DNA from: Pseudomonas phage 201phi2-1
Strand: one strand, 5' to 3'
DNA: 32,000 bases
Sequence record: NC_010821.1
Shown here: positions 17,771 through 26,658 of the stretch, piece after piece
Numbering within the stretch: position 1 is the stretch's first letter
How the letters are laid out: every line of letters begins with the position of its first letter
Notes under the pieces: model-generated
What the model was told of the DNA's origin: nothing
The model's database searches: none
Seen by the model: the letters and a program-made list of their open reading frames with translations, nothing else
Translations under genes and position numbers: made by a program

Positions 17771-18091
17771 AAATACCACACGGTCCCACTAGGCAGCTTC
17801 AGTATGCGATGGAAGGACTTCAAGTGTTATGCTACAACGCTCTCTCCGGCAACTACGGGTCTTTTCCCTCAATCCGTGAGGCCCAGGGTCTTCTCACGCT
17901 TACGAGGCGCTGGCACTATCGTAATTTGCATGAGCGTTGTATTCCCGTGCACAGGAATTCTAGCGTTGCTTGGCTATCAAAGCCAGTTGTCTAGCAAGTA
18001 ATACATCACGTAAGCGATCACGTTTCTCACATTCTTTTACAGGTGTGTCTTTGGTATCGTTCACAGTCATTACCTTCAGTTCATATATAAT
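17771..18091 (-). ncRNA. candidate structured non-coding RNA between tRNA-like element and terminator
   Basis: No convincing - ORF; TACAACGCTC 17833-17842 pairs with GAGCGTTGTA 17932-17941; CGTGAG 17875-17880 with CTCACG 17893-17898; TTACG with CGTAA nearby. Confidence 0.4.
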
Positions 18092-18183
18092 TGGAGTACC
18101 CGACATGATTCGAACATGTAACCTCCTGAGATCGGCACGTAGCTTATGATCTTGGGACTCTATCCAATTGAGATTACGGGCAC
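18092..18183 (-). other. tRNA-like element with CCA end but no canonical anticodon arm
   Basis: GTGCCCG/CGGGTAC acceptor, CTC-AATTGGATA-GAG D-arm, ACATG-TTCGAAT-CATGT T-arm, TCCA end; 38 nt between D and T arms hold no 5+7+5 hairpin. Confidence 0.65.
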
Positions 18184-18213
18184 CTCTACATATAGTACTA
18201 AAGCTAGTATTGT

Positions 18214-18966
18214 TTAACCGCTAACGTATTCTAAAACTGGGCGCCAGCCCCTGATACGATCGCTGTTCGCTACACCACTAAATGGATATATTCCACGAAC
18301 GTTACTGTTGCCATTACCTCGGGCAATTTGCAATCCAGTTGACGTAGTTTCTTGAATGATGGCGCTTACACCGTCAGATGTAGTTGGGGCTAACCCGAGG
18401 TCGCCGATACTGTAGCTGGCGAGGGCAGGTCCCTCTAAAGCTGCGGCTCCAACCACGGTGGACATTAAACCATACATCAGTTTGTTCCATTCTGTGCCAT
18501 TCCCATATGGGATGCCATCGTCAACGTTTGCGCTTCCAGGATATGGGTTAACGTTACATGCATTTATTAATCGCACTCGATATACCTTACCTAAAATCGT
18601 GATAAGTTTATTTTGTGCTGCTGTGACAATACCTAAGTTATTCATTGTTGCCCATGGTAGGTTAGCACGGGCTGCGCGTTTAGGCATATATTGGACATTC
18701 CCGTTATACGCCATTTTAAGCCATCCCTCGGTAGGATATGGGTTAGTACCAGTTGTGATACCCACCGCTGTAGCCAAGGCCGCGTAGGTGATAAACTCAC
18801 TTGAACTTACCTCACCGAAGAATCCAATAGTCGAGTTCCCTGTTTTAAGTGATTGAGGGCCTGGTAATCCTTCTGGCCAATTACCGCCGCTCGAGGAGCC
18901 GCCAGTAGTCATTAGTAAGTCGATCATTTTAGTAATCCTGAATAAATACATAGAATAGCACGTCAT
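18214..18966 (-). CDS. putative virion protein with one WRPVLE-type domain (250 aa)
   Basis: GWLKMAYNGNVQYMPKR..ITILGKVYRVRLI..WNKLMY..RGWRPVLEYV matches domains in 22631-23890. Confidence 0.7.
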   Translation of the reverse strand: MTCYSMYLFRITKMIDLLMTTGGSSSGGNWPEGLPGPQSLKTGNSTIGFFGEVSSSEFITYAALATAVGITTGTNPYPTEGWLKMAYNGNVQYMPKRAARANLPWATMNNLGIVTAAQNKLITILGKVYRVRLINACNVNPYPGSANVDDGIPYGNGTEWNKLMYGLMSTVVGAAALEGPALASYSIGDLGLAPTTSDGVSAIIQETTSTGLQIARGNGNSNVRGIYPFSGVANSDRIRGWRPVLEYVSG

Positions 18967-18971
18967 AAGAC

Positions 18972-18987
18972 CTCCCCTTTCGGGGAG
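18972..18987 (-). terminator. hairpin terminator
   Basis: CTCCCC-GAAA-GGGGAG then GTCTTATGACG on the - strand. Confidence 0.7.
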
Positions 18988-18995
18988 ACCTATAT

Positions 18996-19208
18996 TTAAC
19001 GACAGTGTCTCGACATTGGATCAACTACGGCTGCAACACATGGTTGATATGGGATACCCAACTCGATACATTTTTCACGGAGGGTAGTATCCGCAGCAAT
19101 AGCGGCTTTGATTAGCTCCATCGAACGCTTCTGTTGTGCCCGACGTTCTTCGATGGGGGTGTTGTTTACCACTTCACGCAGTTTGGTGATATTCAGTACA
19201 GGGATCAT
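18996..19208 (-). CDS. hypothetical protein (70 aa)
   Basis: ORF adjacent to 19210-20055. Confidence 0.65.
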   Translation of the reverse strand: MIPVLNITKLREVVNNTPIEERRAQQKRSMELIKAAIAADTTLREKCIELGIPYQPCVAAVVDPMSRHCR

Positions 19209-19209
19209 A

Positions 19210-20055
19210 TTAACCTACGAAAACGATACGGGTATTAATGCGACCGAGCTTAGCGAACAGTCGATAGAGTTTGGTAAGGTTCAGTTGGTCCGAAGTAAGA
19301 TAACGATGCGCATTGAAGATTACCAGCAGATTGAAATTACGCTGGAACTCTGGGATCTGGATAAGCTCACGTGCGAGATACTTAGATTCCATCAACCACT
19401 TGGATGGTTCTACAACGTCAGACGTATACGCACAATCGTCATCAAGATCAGGCAACGCTACAATGTCACCACCTGAGGCGTTGAAGAAGTCAATTACCTT
19501 ACGTGGACTCATACGGTAGTCTTCGCACAAACCTTCCTCGATCACGGTTTGAGTTCTGTGTGCAAGACCCATGAGTTTGTTAAGTGCCGGGGTTTCTACT
19601 TTATCAGGTTCGAGATAGTTGGATGCGTCCAACATCACTACTTCATCAGGCTTCAAAGCGTTAATGTGTTTACGGATATTTACCATTTGATCACGGGTGA
19701 ATTCACCTGCAATAAAAGAGGCGTTAGAGCGGATCTCTTGCCATGTAGGCTCTACATCAAGGTAGGCTACATCAACTGGCCCTTCGTAACAATCAAATGC
19801 TTGGATAGCCAGATGTGCAATGACTTCTGCTGCCGTAGATGTGCGGTCTATACCTCTTGCTTGGATGCCATAATCATCTGGATCAGATTGTTCAAAGTAA
19901 TGGTGAATCGCGTCAATGGAGTGGAGGTAACTGGTATCGAATATACGTGCACCATCCGCATAACTAAGTGTGCCTTCGATATAAGATGTTGGATCGTATT
20001 TTACAGGCGTAATGTCTGGTGCGCAATCAGCGCTCTTTTCAGCTATTGTACTCAT
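19210..20055 (-). CDS. hypothetical protein (281 aa)
   Basis: Long ORF, no family recognised. Confidence 0.85.
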   Translation of the reverse strand: MSTIAEKSADCAPDITPVKYDPTSYIEGTLSYADGARIFDTSYLHSIDAIHHYFEQSDPDDYGIQARGIDRTSTAAEVIAHLAIQAFDCYEGPVDVAYLDVEPTWQEIRSNASFIAGEFTRDQMVNIRKHINALKPDEVVMLDASNYLEPDKVETPALNKLMGLAHRTQTVIEEGLCEDYRMSPRKVIDFFNASGGDIVALPDLDDDCAYTSDVVEPSKWLMESKYLARELIQIPEFQRNFNLLVIFNAHRYLTSDQLNLTKLYRLFAKLGRINTRIVFVG

Positions 20056-20144
20056 TTCTGTATCCTATTCCCTTCAGGGATGTGGTGTCAGTTATGTAGC
20101 GAAACTGCTACACATGGTACCCACTGTAGTATTTTTACGTCATA

Positions 20145-20179
20145 AAACCCACAACCTAGTTAGACTAAGCTGTGGGTTT
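20145..20179 (-). terminator. hairpin terminator
   Basis: AAACCCACA...TGTGGGTTT then TATGACG on the - strand. Confidence 0.7.
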
Positions 20180-20252
20180 CACGAAGACTTACTAAAAAAT
20201 CAAGTAATTCAAGGTGTTACATATAATTGCTTATTTTGCGGGGACTTTATGA

Positions 20253-22559
20253 TCATGAATCTTTAACTGATTTTTCGATCAATTGGAATACTGCCATGAT
20301 GTAGGGCTGGAGTTTATGGAACTCAACGCCAACTCTACGCAAGTCATAGGTACGCTCCATTGCTTTCTCATATAGATCTGCAAACTTAGGATCTTTAACC
20401 TGATTATACATCTCGCTGTAGTTGGACTTACCTACGTATTTCCAATCCATCCAAGCCGGGGTGTTAATAAAATTATCATTCCAGCGTTTAACGAAGGTTA
20501 GGTCTGCTCCCAGTGTATCGAACAGCGCGTGCAGCGTTTTAGCTTTAGCAACAACCTCTTCGGGGGTCAGTGTCTTAACTTCTCCAGGTTGTGGTTTCGC
20601 TTTAGGTATTTCAACCTCAGGTGCTTTCAGTTGACGAGTGGCCTTCATTATAGTAATGGCTTTCTCGACGTTAGCTGAATTATCGAGCTGCTTACGTTTG
20701 ATCATATCCATAACCGTTTCCATGTTATTGAATGCCTGTTCCGCTACCTTGTGATGTTCCACTCGGTTGGCTTGACAAGCCTTAATAAACTCTGGAACAA
20801 CAGTATCATACTCACTCAACAAGTTAGCACCATCTACAGTGACCGTCGCCTTATCTGCTTGGCCATGGGTTTTTACCCAATTGAGGTTAGTGTACTTCTT
20901 AACTTCTTCCTGAAGTGACTGTAGGAATCCCTTACCTACGGTATCGTAAATCGCGGTATCCTTACCCTTCGTGAAGAACTTTTTTATTGAGCTAAGTAGG
21001 TCTTCCGTAGATGGTACTGTAGGCATAGACTCATAGTTCTCAATCGATACCTGTACCACTGGTTGGAACGTTTCCAATCCAACGGTCATTATTTTACGGG
21101 CTACTGGATCTAGCCCATCTGGGCCTGCCAGTTCAATTTGTTGTTTATATCGGTTTAATGTCTGGCACATATAGTCTTTACCCTGTCTTTGTTTATAGTT
21201 TTCACCACTGATAATTGAATCTCCTTTAATAGACACATCCAAATACCTTACCAACCCAACAATAGCGTCCCAGTAAATACGGTTTGCAATCATCCCACTG
21301 CTGTGCGTTGTACCAGTAGTATTAGGACTTAAGATATCCCAGATCAGGGAGTACCAGTCACCGTAAGGCACTTTACCGTAGTCTTTAGGTTCCATGGTGT
21401 AGACCATATCATGCATGACGTCGGGCCAATTATCTGGTGCACCAGTCATGTTCGTCTTGAACTCATCAATCGAACGTTGTACATCAGAGGCTACTTGAAG
21501 TGCACCCGCCTCGTCAAGCGCGGGGATTGGTCGATCATCGACAGTGTATACAAAATCCACCCGTTTCGGATTTTCATGTTTTACACCGTTGCCCACGATA
21601 GGTTTTGTAGGATATTTAATATCATGGTTTTCCATTGGGATCTTATCTACCAAAGCTCTGGCTTCGGCGTAGACCTCCGGTGAAAGCTTTCGCGAATTCT
21701 TAATCAATAGGTCTGCTGCGGGTTTGGTCTTCTGACGCCAACTGTCCGTAACGGATTTAACTTTTGCGCGAGTGGCGAGGAATGCATCCAGTTGCTTCTT
21801 AGCACCAGCAATATCGACCTTACCGTCTTTACCAATATACTTAAGTACGCTTTTCCCACTCACATCACCTTTGATGTAAGTCTGGTCTTTTAGCCAGGCG
21901 GGCCGAATTATATCTCGCTCAATATGCTGGATTATACTCCAACCAAATGTGTTGTCAATAAACAGCTTCTGCGCGGATTTATTTGACATCCCGAAGAATT
22001 TCTTTACATCGGCAATCAACCCCTCATTACTGATAGTGTTGCTCATCATGGTATTCCTAAATGATTGTAGGAGTTGGAGTCGACGATAACCTTCAGGGTT
22101 ATAGTGTTCCATACCCGGTTTAATTGTAATGGTACCTTTATAGTTACGACCAGCATAGTTGGCCTGAACTATTCGGGTGATGTAAGAGTTAAGTCCTTTT
22201 CCAGCCATGGCTAGTCGACGCATGTAATCGAGTTGTTCTCGTTCAGTAGACTTCAACGTATACAGATAGCGTGAACCATCTGAGAACATTACTACCAGCC
22301 AGTCTTCGCCATGATCATAACCACGGATACTGGAGTTACCTCCAATGTTGGCATACTCGAATGTATGTCGATGGACTTCCAATAGTTCTGCTAAAGCTGT
22401 TGGTGTAACACCTAGCTCTTCGGTGAGCTCTTCGTCCACCTCAGGCCAGAATGTTGTGCTAACATCATCCCAGTACTGCTTAACTGTATCGAATGCATCC
22501 TCATTAGAGACGCTTGGTCGATAAGTGAGCTTGTGAATCAGTCGTTCTAATCTTTTCAT
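20253..22559 (-). CDS. large protein with N-terminal KTSC-like domain, possible virion/internal head protein (768 aa)
   Basis: GNSSIRGYDHGEDWLVVMFSDGSRYLYTL..LAMAGKGLNSYITR is KTSC-like; rest is helical and unrecognised. Confidence 0.65.
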   Translation of the reverse strand: MKRLERLIHKLTYRPSVSNEDAFDTVKQYWDDVSTTFWPEVDEELTEELGVTPTALAELLEVHRHTFEYANIGGNSSIRGYDHGEDWLVVMFSDGSRYLYTLKSTEREQLDYMRRLAMAGKGLNSYITRIVQANYAGRNYKGTITIKPGMEHYNPEGYRRLQLLQSFRNTMMSNTISNEGLIADVKKFFGMSNKSAQKLFIDNTFGWSIIQHIERDIIRPAWLKDQTYIKGDVSGKSVLKYIGKDGKVDIAGAKKQLDAFLATRAKVKSVTDSWRQKTKPAADLLIKNSRKLSPEVYAEARALVDKIPMENHDIKYPTKPIVGNGVKHENPKRVDFVYTVDDRPIPALDEAGALQVASDVQRSIDEFKTNMTGAPDNWPDVMHDMVYTMEPKDYGKVPYGDWYSLIWDILSPNTTGTTHSSGMIANRIYWDAIVGLVRYLDVSIKGDSIISGENYKQRQGKDYMCQTLNRYKQQIELAGPDGLDPVARKIMTVGLETFQPVVQVSIENYESMPTVPSTEDLLSSIKKFFTKGKDTAIYDTVGKGFLQSLQEEVKKYTNLNWVKTHGQADKATVTVDGANLLSEYDTVVPEFIKACQANRVEHHKVAEQAFNNMETVMDMIKRKQLDNSANVEKAITIMKATRQLKAPEVEIPKAKPQPGEVKTLTPEEVVAKAKTLHALFDTLGADLTFVKRWNDNFINTPAWMDWKYVGKSNYSEMYNQVKDPKFADLYEKAMERTYDLRRVGVEFHKLQPYIMAVFQLIEKSVKDS

Positions 22560-22630
22560 AATATACTCAATATGGCGTTGAGATGACCTATGCTATATAC
22601 AATGTTTTTAAAGCCCACAGGTAAAGTAAA

Positions 22631-23890
22631 ATGATTGACCTAATGTTAAGTTTAGTTCAAAAGCCAGCGATCGAGGAAGATGATTCCGGGTTACCTTTCC
22701 CAGCTGGTACGCCGTTTAAAGGTGTAGTGAAGTCAGCTGATTTTATTAATGGTACTAGTTTGGCTGGACTACTCGGTATAACGGCCGGTACCCCTATTAA
22801 CACCAACTCGGGCTGGTTACATTTTGTAGAGGACAACGGCTACAACATCTACATTGCTAAGAAACCGTTAAGATACGGGCTGACGTGGGAAGCCATTAAC
22901 ACGGGTCAGACGGATAAAGAGATTGTGATTGGTGGCACCACTTACACCGTGCAGTTTATGACGGGTACTAAAGCGGCAAACCAACCAGCAGTTGTTGCAA
23001 GTGGTGGTGGTCAATGGGACCGCTACATGTATAATATCTACGGTGGTGAATTAGCCAGTTCGCTTCCATCCACCCGTTTAAATTGGGGTAGTTACACTGA
23101 GAAGATGCTTGGTATCCCGTTGATCTCTGAAGCTCAAAACGTTAACACTCTACCATTCGGTTGTGCCAGTTACACACTGTATACATCAAGTAATGGCGGG
23201 CATGCCACTCGTGGTCTCCGCTACCCGCTTGGTACAGGTACTCCAGAAATCATGGGTGTGTGGTGGGGTGGCGCCAGTAACTTCGAGACGCATTACGGCT
23301 GGAGGCCAATGCTTGTTGAGAAAGGTACTGTACCGCCAATTGAGGAAACACCTTACAAGGGATTGATCCAGCCAGCTGACCTAATCTCACCAGCTGACCT
23401 TTCGACATTACTAGGTATCACTGAAGGTCAGATCGTTTCTGGTGCAGGTCAATGGATGAAGTTTGTTGAGAATGGTAAAGAACTCTATATCGCACAGAAA
23501 TCTTTCAGGTCATCTATTCGTAAGAAAACGCTTGACGCTGCCGGTGTGAGTAATGTGGCGGCAGGTAAGTTGGTAACGATTGGTGGTAAGAACTATCAGT
23601 GCCGTCTAATGACTGATGCTGAATGGAACAGATACATGTATTCAGTGTATAACAACGCTATAACTGTAGTGAATACCAATTTCTGGGCAATGTACACTCC
23701 TGCCGAATTAAACGTTTCTACTGGTGCAGCGTCCGCTGGTACGTTATCGTACATATATGGTAACCCGGCGAGTACGGGCACTCGTGGATTCACGGGGATC
23801 GGTAACTCGTGGGGTGTGGCCGACTGGGCTGATGGTGGTACCGCGGTTCCAGGCTATGGCTGGAGACCAGTGCTTGAGTTGGTTCCATAA
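22631..23890 (+). CDS. putative virion protein with tandemly duplicated WRPVLE-type domain (419 aa)
   Basis: Two copies of SADF/PADLS..GWLHFVEDNG..IGGxxYxxxxMT..WxRYMY..YGWRPxLxx. Confidence 0.75.
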   Translation: MIDLMLSLVQKPAIEEDDSGLPFPAGTPFKGVVKSADFINGTSLAGLLGITAGTPINTNSGWLHFVEDNGYNIYIAKKPLRYGLTWEAINTGQTDKEIVIGGTTYTVQFMTGTKAANQPAVVASGGGQWDRYMYNIYGGELASSLPSTRLNWGSYTEKMLGIPLISEAQNVNTLPFGCASYTLYTSSNGGHATRGLRYPLGTGTPEIMGVWWGGASNFETHYGWRPMLVEKGTVPPIEETPYKGLIQPADLISPADLSTLLGITEGQIVSGAGQWMKFVENGKELYIAQKSFRSSIRKKTLDAAGVSNVAAGKLVTIGGKNYQCRLMTDAEWNRYMYSVYNNAITVVNTNFWAMYTPAELNVSTGAASAGTLSYIYGNPASTGTRGFTGIGNSWGVADWADGGTAVPGYGWRPVLELVP

Positions 23891-23900
23891 TAACATAAAC

Positions 23901-23922
23901 GCCTCTCCTTTACGGGAGAGGC
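23901..23922 (+). terminator. hairpin terminator
   Basis: GCCTCTCC-TTTACG-GGAGAGGC then TTTATGCCG. Confidence 0.85.
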
Positions 23923-23945
23923 TTTATGCCGTAACGGGAAATAAA

Positions 23946-23965
23946 GTCCTACCCGAAGGTAGGAC
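23946..23965 (-). terminator. hairpin terminator downstream of nrdB
   Basis: GTCCTACC-TTCG-GGTAGGAC then TTTATTTCC on the - strand. Confidence 0.8.
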
Positions 23966-24077
23966 CATATTCATCAACCAACACTAAAGGAGAGACCAAA
24001 TCATGCAACACCAAGCAATCAATGGAGCAACGAATGCATCGCTACATAACATGGGTAAAATTTATCCTTTAGGTTAC

Positions 24078-25238
24078 TTACAAATCGAAATCAAATTTGT
24101 CTTGTTCATTGGACGTATTGATAACGTTCACCATGTAAGAGTTCAAATCGACCTCTTGAGCTGCCGATTGGTTTGCCCCAAGATCGAGGTATTCTACCAT
24201 GTATGGCAGTGGGTTCTTATCAGGGAACTCTAATTCAAAGCCGGTGGTGGCCAAGAACTCTGCACGCATCTCGTCAGTGATACCGTCTTTATGACCAGTG
24301 AAGGTGCCGGCAGCATTGCAGTTGAACAGTACCCATTGAACCATCTTCTTCAGGGTGACGCCCGGTAGTTCACGACCTTCAGAGAACAGGTAGATCAACC
24401 AGTTCACTTCGGACATCAGGATTTCCCAGAACAACTTAATGCATTCTGCTTTCGTGTCTTCGTATGCAATCAACCCACGCTCTGTTTTGAGCAGTGCTTT
24501 AATCACTTCCTGACCGAACTGTGCATGGATCTCGTATTCGTCTTGAGCGATCTTCTGGACACCCATAACGATCGGTTGGAACATACCCAGCTTACCCAAA
24601 GCAAACGTTACAGCAAAGGATGCCATGAACTGAATACGCTCAAGGTAGTACAGAGCCATGAAGAACTTAAAGATCTTGTTGTAGAGAGCTTGATCGTTGG
24701 GGATCGTACGGCAAGCATAGGCGTGAGAAGCATCATGTGCTTCACCCATGATCTTAGCCACAGTTACCAGACGTTGCTGTGCTTCTTCTACACGCAGGAT
24801 CTCCTCCAGAATAACCTGTGGATCTTTGAAAGAGTTACGAACGATCTCAGAGTAAGTCAGGGCATGAAGGTTTTCGTTATCGTTAATACGGACATAGCCT
24901 GCCCATACACGTGAGTCAGTCAGTACTGGACCCAGAATGTTGACGATAGCGCGAGATGCCGTAGCGTCAGCTTCCCATTGCCATGCTAGGGTCTTGATCA
25001 TCATGTCGTAGAACTGTTTATCGCAGGTCTCGAATTCGTGCAAGCAGTCGCCGTATGGGAATTCGTTTTCATCCCAGTCCATACTACGCAGACGCTTATA
25101 AAGATCAAACAGAGCTGGGTGGTGGTTGTGGATCGAGTCAAACAAGCCCGGCTCTTGACCCAGAATAATTTCAGGGGAATTGTAATCAGTCTTGGTGTTG
25201 TTGAAGATCTTGATTGGAAGGTCTACTTTCTTGGACAT
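24078..25238 (-). CDS. nrdB: class I ribonucleoside-diphosphate reductase small subunit
   Basis: WQWEADA, ENLHALTY (ExxHxxxY ligands and radical Tyr), and E..H ligand motifs. Confidence 0.93.
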   Translation of the reverse strand: MSKKVDLPIKIFNNTKTDYNSPEIILGQEPGLFDSIHNHHPALFDLYKRLRSMDWDENEFPYGDCLHEFETCDKQFYDMMIKTLAWQWEADATASRAIVNILGPVLTDSRVWAGYVRINDNENLHALTYSEIVRNSFKDPQVILEEILRVEEAQQRLVTVAKIMGEAHDASHAYACRTIPNDQALYNKIFKFFMALYYLERIQFMASFAVTFALGKLGMFQPIVMGVQKIAQDEYEIHAQFGQEVIKALLKTERGLIAYEDTKAECIKLFWEILMSEVNWLIYLFSEGRELPGVTLKKMVQWVLFNCNAAGTFTGHKDGITDEMRAEFLATTGFELEFPDKNPLPYMVEYLDLGANQSAAQEVDLNSYMVNVINTSNEQDKFDFDL

Positions 25239-25663
25239 TATACTGCGCTCTTAGTTTTGAAGAATTCGTTTTCGTAGTAGTCTTTCATTGTTACTTGTTC
25301 AGTCCAGTTACCTACTGGAGCTAGGACGACACCGAAGTACTGGTACTGACCTTCCAGTAATTCAATCTCGTTCACTGATTCATACGTCCATTGTTCTGCA
25401 AGCAGATGTGATTGGGCATTAGGAATGGCTTTGAGGACCTCAAAGATATTGTGGCCGTCGGTTTTAATCACGTAATGAGGGTAGGGATCGAAACGTCCAG
25501 TTTTTTCTCGATTAGGATCGATTAGTTGGATTTCAAATTCATGGGACTGATCCAGTTTAACGTATCCAAATTCGGTATACAGTGCTACCACAACGCGGTC
25601 GCCATGTTCATTAAGCCATCGCTGAACGTTGTCATCACCTTTAACTAGTTTAATTGTAGCCAT
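25238..25663 (-). CDS. hypothetical protein (141 aa), translationally coupled to nrdB
   Basis: ORF overlapping nrdB start by 1 nt. Confidence 0.8.
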   Translation of the reverse strand: MATIKLVKGDDNVQRWLNEHGDRVVVALYTEFGYVKLDQSHEFEIQLIDPNREKTGRFDPYPHYVIKTDGHNIFEVLKAIPNAQSHLLAEQWTYESVNEIELLEGQYQYFGVVLAPVGNWTEQVTMKDYYENEFFKTKSAV

Positions 25664-25688
25664 TGTAGAATCCTTGAAATTGATTTGT

Positions 25689-25703
25689 CTGTATTAGATA
25701 CAG
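25689..25703. repeat. small perfect inverted repeat in divergent intergenic region
   Basis: CTGTAT-TAG-ATACAG. Confidence 0.5.
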
Positions 25704-25711
25704 CTTGTAAG

Positions 25712-25750
25712 TAAATTATTGAAAGTCATTTAAAGCCTATATTACTACTG
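25712..25750 (+). promoter_or_regulatory. TATATTAC-type promoter candidate
   Basis: AAATTATTGAAAGTCATTTAAAGCCTATATTACTA; TATATTAC at 25738-25745. Confidence 0.6.
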
Positions 25751-25848
25751 GGTAATACCGTTAGTACTATTTGTCACATCCTAGCTATGTGATGGTCTAA
25801 ACTTACAGAGGACTCATTATGATCCATAATACAGCTTGAGGTTACAAT

Positions 25849-26181
25849 ATGTTTGCAAGACTTCGCGCCACAGGTAAGGCGGTTATTCCGACAGCGTCGA
25901 TGAATCACGACATAAAGTGCATAGTGAACGGAGCAGCAACTCCGTTCACTATGGCTAACGACGAGGTTCATTGCTTTGGACTATTCGACTCGCGTGATCG
26001 ATTAGTGGGGTACTTCGGAAATCAAGGATTAGTCCCTGAAATACGAGATGCCACTTATATCGATGGGTTTATGGAACCGATGGTAACAGATGCGCCGGAA
26101 GGTTGCTATGTTAAATCGGTATCCAGATTTTACAAATCAGTAGACCCTAAGATCTACTATAAGGTACGCACTTTACATTAA
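25849..26181 (+). CDS. hypothetical protein (110 aa)
   Basis: First ORF of + block. Confidence 0.8.
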   Translation: MFARLRATGKAVIPTASMNHDIKCIVNGAATPFTMANDEVHCFGLFDSRDRLVGYFGNQGLVPEIRDATYIDGFMEPMVTDAPEGCYVKSVSRFYKSVDPKIYYKVRTLH

Positions 26182-26241
26182 GGTGTAGTAAAACCGTAGT
26201 GCACTGTTAGCGCAGTGCATTACACTACATATCATTGCAAT

Positions 26242-26655
26242 ATGAGTAATTCTTTTATGACCGAAATTAAACAGTTGGATCTCAGTATCCTTAAACGCGA
26301 GCAGTTCGAGAACAAGCGTAGTTACGATAACGCGGTGTGGTATCTCGAACATTTGAACGACCTCGTGATGCTCCACAACTCAGGATACATTCTGTTCTAT
26401 AAAGACCGTATCTTCATTCCTGAATTGAAGGTTAGCTATTACGCTGTCGATGATGCCCCATTTGATGGCGAAGATGGTGAATTCGAAAAGACCGGTGAGG
26501 TTAGATTTATCGGTTTCGGTCCAGCTGGGTTGATCGGTATTACTCGCTGCCTTAAGAAAGGACGTATCTACGTTTCCAAGCGCGAAGCTAAGGAATACCT
26601 CAAGGCTATCCAAGTTGTTCATAAACCCGACTTCCATAACTTTCTGGATCTGTAA
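26242..26655 (+). CDS. hypothetical protein (137 aa)
   Basis: ORF; start placed at MSNSFMTEIK. Confidence 0.75.
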   Translation: MSNSFMTEIKQLDLSILKREQFENKRSYDNAVWYLEHLNDLVMLHNSGYILFYKDRIFIPELKVSYYAVDDAPFDGEDGEFEKTGEVRFIGFGPAGLIGITRCLKKGRIYVSKREAKEYLKAIQVVHKPDFHNFLDL

Positions 26656-26658
26656 ATC

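Noticed and set aside
17725-18001. Two overlapping + ORFs (89 aa and 65 aa)
   Set aside because: Mutually overlapping in different frames, no clear RBS, one reads through the terminator hairpin, and surroundings are all - strand.
18214-23890. Diversity-generating retroelement feeding the WRPV-ending domains
   Set aside because: Tempting because of the C-type-lectin-like ending, but no reverse transcriptase ORF and no template-repeat copy with adenine-specific differences was seen in this window.
24003-24233. 76 aa + ORF with start in an intergenic region
   Set aside because: Mostly antisense to the conserved 3' end of nrdB and directly downstream of a convergent terminator pair; not supported.
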